DNA of 63,828 nt, the filler included, from Vannella sp. (Eukaryota): the NCBI GenBank assembly GCA_023345925.1. It is 7 parts of 7 records of this genome, joined end to end, with 100 filler letters (N's around TTAATTAATTAA, not from the genome) between each part and the next. Parts side by side here need not be neighbours in the genome. Positions count along the whole stretch, not along the records: positions 55,017 to 60,231 come from JAJQQN010000773.1; positions 60,332 to 63,828 come from JAJQQN010001378.1; 5 more parts are not named here. One strand, written 5' to 3'. Of the stretch, positions 59,350-63,828 are shown in pieces. A model generated the notes under the pieces. The model had not been told where the DNA came from. It was given only the letters and a program-made list of their open reading frames with translations, and searched no databases. The position numbers and the translations under genes were made by a program. Each line of letters opens with the position of its first letter. Position 1 is the first letter of the stretch.

Positions 59350-60214
59350 TTACGAGTGAGCAAACATCTGGCGGATGTTAAGGTTGATTCTGGTGTGAGA
59401 GAGATATTGAACCAATGCCTCCGCTTCAGTTGGGGGAATGGGCAGTTTCTTTACCTCTTCCATCAACTCCGGAGGGCAGGAATCGGGAAACACTCGCGCC
59501 ACCCCTGTCTCCATTGTTAATCGTCAGTGACAATCCCTACCAATACCTCTCACCATGATAGAACACTCGAGAATGGCCACCCATAACCATCACATCACCA
59601 GATCTCATCCAAAAGGCTTTTGGTGCCTGGTCAGTCGAAGTACCACCCAACAGAAAGATAGCAGAGCAACCGATACAATAGGAAAGGATGGGCTGGTCAA
59701 ATGTAAACTCAGACTCGTCTTGGTGGGCTTTCATCATCGTGTCGTTGGCACGGTAAAAGTTGACAATTCCCGATTGCGGCTCAAAGGAGGTGAACCCAGC
59801 AAGTGCCGCGTGCTCCTTGCACATGTCGGTGAGTTCTTTAGGGAAGGGAGATATACGATCTGGCGTGTCTTCGTAGACATTTGTGGTCCAGTTGTAATGA
59901 TAACCTAATGTGACCCATCGCAGGCGAGAGAGCCTTGAGGCAGATGAGCTGAGGTGCTCTTTCCACAAATGAGAGTCTAATGTTCCCACTGGCGGACCAT
60001 TCCAATGATTGGGAGGACCTGCATAGCCGAGACTCTGGAGAGCCAGCTGAGCTTGTGCTGGAAAAGAGAGAAGATTTGGGAAGAAGTGGAATCCGTCAAT
60101 ACAAAGGGAGGCAGGACATCCTTTCGAGACATCCAACACTTCCGAGGTATCCAAAGGATCCTTCCTGCTTTTGTAGAACCGATACCTTCGCTCCTGAATC
60201 CGGAATTGGGACAT
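59350..60214 (-). CDS. ALKBH1: AlkB homolog 1 (2OG-Fe(II) nucleic-acid dioxygenase)
   Basis: LRWVTLGYHYNW, FEPQSGIVNFY, AHQDESE, SAIFLLGG, RSGDVMVMGG..RVFYH(intron)GVARV, RINLNIRQ. Confidence 0.92.
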
Positions 60215-60231
60215 TGCTAAAACGAAGTGCA

Positions 60232-60331
60232 NNNNNNNNNNNNNNNNNNNNNNNNNNNNNNNNNNNNNNNNNNNNTTAATTAATTAANNNNNNNNNNNNN
60301 NNNNNNNNNNNNNNNNNNNNNNNNNNNNNNN
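60232..60331. other. Artificial contig-join spacer
   Basis: N44-TTAATTAATTAA-N44. Confidence 0.97.
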
Positions 60332-61008
60332 TTGAGCCTTGCCCCTAACTTACAAGTAGCAGGAGGGTTATCATAGATGGGAATGGCTTTGTCCTCTCCT
60401 GCAAGGAACTGGGTAGCCACCAAGCAAGCCTGCTGAAGCTCGATCTGGGGGTTGTGAGCTGGGGGATCTGAGGGCAGGAACAAAATGCTGAGATTGTTCA
60501 ACAACTCTGACTTGGTACTGGCTGCAGCATGGAACAAGCCAAGCAACTGCATTCAGCACTACTGTCAGTACCTTGCGGGAAAGCCAAAGGAAGAGTGGAA
60601 ACGCACCAAACGAAGTTGTCCTGTGAAGTCCCACTCTTCAACAGAGGCTTTGATCTCCTCAAGCTCTCGAAGGTTACGTTCAAGAGAGTCTTTGGTCAGG
60701 AGAGAAGCTCGCTGGTCGTCGGAGACCTTCTTAGAACCTTGACTGACAGCTTGTTCAACTTCCGCGATTTTTCGAAGCTTCTTCTTCAACGCACGAGACT
60801 TCTTCGCGATCAGTTCAAGGTGCTTAGGAGGCTCGTCAAAGTTGAACGGAACGTAGGCACTGGGAACCGCTACAGGAGCTGCTACCACAGCCGCCTTCTT
60901 TTCCACAACAGCCACGCTCTGCACAGGAATAACAGGCTCCTGTACAATAGCAGGCTCTTGGGGTGAGCGCTTGGAAGACTTGTTCTTCTGCTGCTTCTTC
61001 TGGACCAT
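60332..61008 (-). CDS. Caprin/YAG7-like protein, N-terminal part (truncated by gap)
   Basis: LIAKKSRALKKKLRKIAEVE...VSDDQRASLLTKDSLE...LRELEEI resembles the caprin N-terminal basic helix. Confidence 0.55.
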
Positions 61009-61213
61009 GACAAGGCTACGGGGCAACAAGGAACTGAGATCCCCCAAAAGCAACCACAGTTGTTCAATTTTAATGGGTTTAAAAGGGCAACCATTATTTA
61101 CCACATCTTTTGGATATAGGGACCGGAATTGAGCTTGTCGCAAACGGAACAAGAGTCGCGTGATCATTTCCCTTCAAAGAGCAATCACGAAAAATGTGTC
61201 TCTCTGGAAATTA

Positions 61214-62480
61214 TTAATTTGGTAATGGGGAGTCTCGAGGCCACGCTTTGATGCGGCTGGAGGGCCTTCGTGTGGGCCTTTGGTTGTTGAGGTTGTTTGA
61301 AGCGTCCTTTTGGTTTGGTTCGTTGCGAGTGGCGTCTACAAACATGTTGAAGAAGCTTCTTTGCGGTGGGGCTTTGGTGAGGGACATCATTGATTGTTTC
61401 TCCTTCTCAAGAGCTTCTCGTTGTTGGACATGGAAGACATCCTGCTTGAACTGTTGCTGGTACTTTGGATTTGTCTCCAGCTTAGCTTCAACAGTAGCCT
61501 TGGCTTCCGCTGTCATCCTCCGATAGACAGACGTCATTCCACCAGTGGATCTCATCTCCTCTTCGTGGCTAAGGCGCTGTGTAAGGCCGTCTGGTTCGTC
61601 CACTTCCTCGTCAGAGTCTTCTTCAACATACTCTTCTTGCCCTGCTTGGTCCTCTTGTGTGTACTTGCGAAGAATGGGGTCCACGCGAAGTGGAGGGGCA
61701 GAGTAGAGGGTTCCATAGCGGGTCTTGAGGTCCTGTTCTATGAGCTTGGACCTTTCTGTCTTCGCTACAGCGCGCAAGAACGAGGTTTGGATGGACTTAA
61801 ACTCTTCTCTCTGAAGCCAGCGTGTGACTCTCTGCTCAGGAGTCGGAGAGAAGGTAGAGCCGACAATCTTGGACGCCGCCAAGGCGCTGAGACCGAACTT
61901 GTGGCCCAATCGAGGGAACTTCCACTTCTGAGGGTCCTTTTGATGCATCTGCCTCATCTGCTCCATCTCTTCGTACGACTGGGAGAGGTTAGTCTGTGAA
62001 TCAATGGTGATCGAGTGGTGATCTCACCAACAAGACAGCAGGCTCCCACGGGTGGCCTTGGAGCGACTCTCGAAGAGATATCTTGGCGACAATACGTTCC
62101 CAAATCTCGGGGTGCTCCTTCTTAGCCCACAGAGTGATGGAAGTCATCTTCCTTCGAAGCGCGCCTTTTGTAAGAACGGAGGAATCCTTGTCTATCTGGA
62201 GTTGCTTGCGCTCATCTGCTTGCCTCTTCCTCTCTTCTCTTTTCTTCGCACCTGCAATCATCGCTGCGCTTGGCTCCCGCCTTAAAAGCTTCGCGCCAGT
62301 CTTGCCCAACCTCTCATACTGCTTTGGACTGAATAGCCGCGGGGCAGCAGTAAGCTCCGACGCGCTCTTGATAGGCAAGTCACGGTAGATGACGGAGCTT
62401 GTCCGTAAAGCCCTCCCAGCCCAAGTAACACCAACCAACTGGCTCCCGCCCAAGAGCGCCCCCCGTGCCCTCAAGAACAT
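61214..62480 (-). CDS. Neugrin/Rrg9-like mitochondrial protein; spliced
   Basis: Presequence MFLRARGALLG; EEMEQMRQMHQKDPQKWKFPRLGHKFGLSALAASKIVGSTFSP resembles the neugrin domain. Confidence 0.6.
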
Positions 62481-62498
62481 GAATAATGCTTTAATCCA

Positions 62499-63701
62499 TC
62501 ATTCAAACATGCCTCCAACATCACCAAGGTACTCAAGCTCTTCTGCTAACTGCTGGAGGAGTTGAGGTGAGTCAGGAACGTAAACAGGTTTCAGCTTGAC
62601 AACAGGGGCCGTGGTGTCGGTGGATGAGTCGGTCATGTAGTATAGAGAGTGCACTTTGCTGATGTACGCTTCAGAGAAGCGCTTCTGGTGCTTGTGGAAG
62701 ATGCGGAAGAACAAGTTCTTGCGGTGTTTGGTGAGGCCTGTTTGGCCTCCGTAGTTGATCTGCTGGGCACAGACGAGACTCAGACGCTCAGCTAGAGAGA
62801 AGCAAATCGGAGGGTCTTCACCAGAGCCACAGGCAAAGGCGGAGGCTTCGAAGGAGGGATCTCCCACGACCCAGCTCATCGCGATACGAGGCGTCTGGGC
62901 TGGGTGTCCTACACTGTGATGGAACGATGCTGATGGGGCCACAGACGAGCCCCAATGAATCGTTCGGTGTGAGAAGTGGAGAAAGGACCCGCGAGCGATA
63001 GGACAAGACCGTATTTGTTGGTAGGCGAGTGGATTGGAGGCAAACACGGCAGCCAGAGGGTCCTCTCCCATCACATCACCAAGACGGAAGCCAGGATCAC
63101 ACTCTGCTGGTACGAAATGAAGGCAGCTGTTGGTAGCCAAGGCGTCCGTGAGGGCCAGCCAAGAGGTGGAGAGCATGGGAGTCCCATCAAGGGGGCGGAA
63201 GGAGCGTTGGTCACTTCCCATGCGATCTCTGTGTGGTCCCCATCCACTGATTTGATTAGAACGGCCTTGTTGCAGTGCAGGACGATTCGGATCCACTTTC
63301 CAAGCAAAGATATCTCCAAGGAACTGGCTGCCACCATTGGAAGGTTTCAGCAACGGCGTGAAGCGATGTACCAAAGCCCAGGCTTCATCATACGCATAAA
63401 TGAAGGAGGCGGGATAGCCCAGATCCACCAACGCGTCGACCCCTCTGGCAAGGCGGTCTATGACATCAAAGTAGTCCACTGTTTCCTCACTGGAGTCCCA
63501 ATGAAAGAAACCATGAGCAACAAACTCCTCTTTGAAGTCCCTCCGCGGATTAACGCTATCACTTGAAAGAACAGTGGACGATGGAGGAGTAGGTGTGGCT
63601 TCACCTTGTACAACGTTCAAGAATGGAGCAATAGCCGACCAAAGAATAGGGCTCATCAAAGAGTCGATGCTTTGGTCCTCGAAGAGAAGGCCGCTTCCCA
63701 T
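62499..63701 (-). CDS. PhyH-like Fe(II)/2-oxoglutarate dioxygenase-fold protein, single exon
   Basis: GWGPHRDR (HxD), TSWLALTDALATNSCLHFVP, FSHRTIHWGS, PRIAMSW. Confidence 0.72.
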   Translation of the reverse strand: MGSGLLFEDQSIDSLMSPILWSAIAPFLNVVQGEATPTPPSSTVLSSDSVNPRRDFKEEFVAHGFFHWDSSEETVDYFDVIDRLARGVDALVDLGYPASFIYAYDEAWALVHRFTPLLKPSNGGSQFLGDIFAWKVDPNRPALQQGRSNQISGWGPHRDRMGSDQRSFRPLDGTPMLSTSWLALTDALATNSCLHFVPAECDPGFRLGDVMGEDPLAAVFASNPLAYQQIRSCPIARGSFLHFSHRTIHWGSSVAPSASFHHSVGHPAQTPRIAMSWVVGDPSFEASAFACGSGEDPPICFSLAERLSLVCAQQINYGGQTGLTKHRKNLFFRIFHKHQKRFSEAYISKVHSLYYMTDSSTDTTAPVVKLKPVYVPDSPQLLQQLAEELEYLGDVGGMFE

Positions 63702-63828
63702 TGGCTAGAAGAATAAAATAACTTCATTTTGATTGAACCTTCCGCTTGATCCAATCACTTTTCAACTGTTTTTGCGTTCGTGTGTCACCTGATGTCTTAA
63801 GGTATGTTTTCAGTGTCGGGAATCGTAA

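Noticed and set aside
59163..59363. ORF suggesting an ALKBH1 C-terminal extension overlapping the carrier gene
   Set aside because: ALKBH1 ends naturally after RINLNIRQMFAHS at TAA 59350-59352; no convincing intron joins the extra ORF in frame.

Overview
Gene-dense eukaryotic (protist) DNA with many short (~40-60 nt) GT-AG introns. The gene content (class C GPCR, RasGEF, DEP/PH signalling, selenoprotein, DMC1, RNPC3) is compatible with a free-living amoeba, but the taxon is an inference. The window is seven contigs joined by six artificial 100-nt spacers (44 N + TTAATTAATTAA + 44 N), so adjacency across them is not biological. About 45 protein genes, one tRNA-Thr(UGU) and one non-autonomous hAT-type transposon can be supported. 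The strongest novelty candidate is a spliced DEP-PH-glutathione peroxidase fusion (8046-9449) with an in-frame UGA at the GPx active site and a canonical type II SECIS in its 3' UTR, i.e. a selenoprotein peroxidase carrying membrane-signalling targeting domains. Other highlights are a REEP/HVA22-calponin homology fusion transcribed divergently from a 35/36-aa tandem-repeat protein, a 357-bp MITE with perfect 15-bp TIRs and an 8-bp TSD, a class C GPCR with an LDL-A-like module, meiosis-specific DMC1, and the minor-spliceosome protein RNPC3. All exon structures were read by eye and no database search was run.
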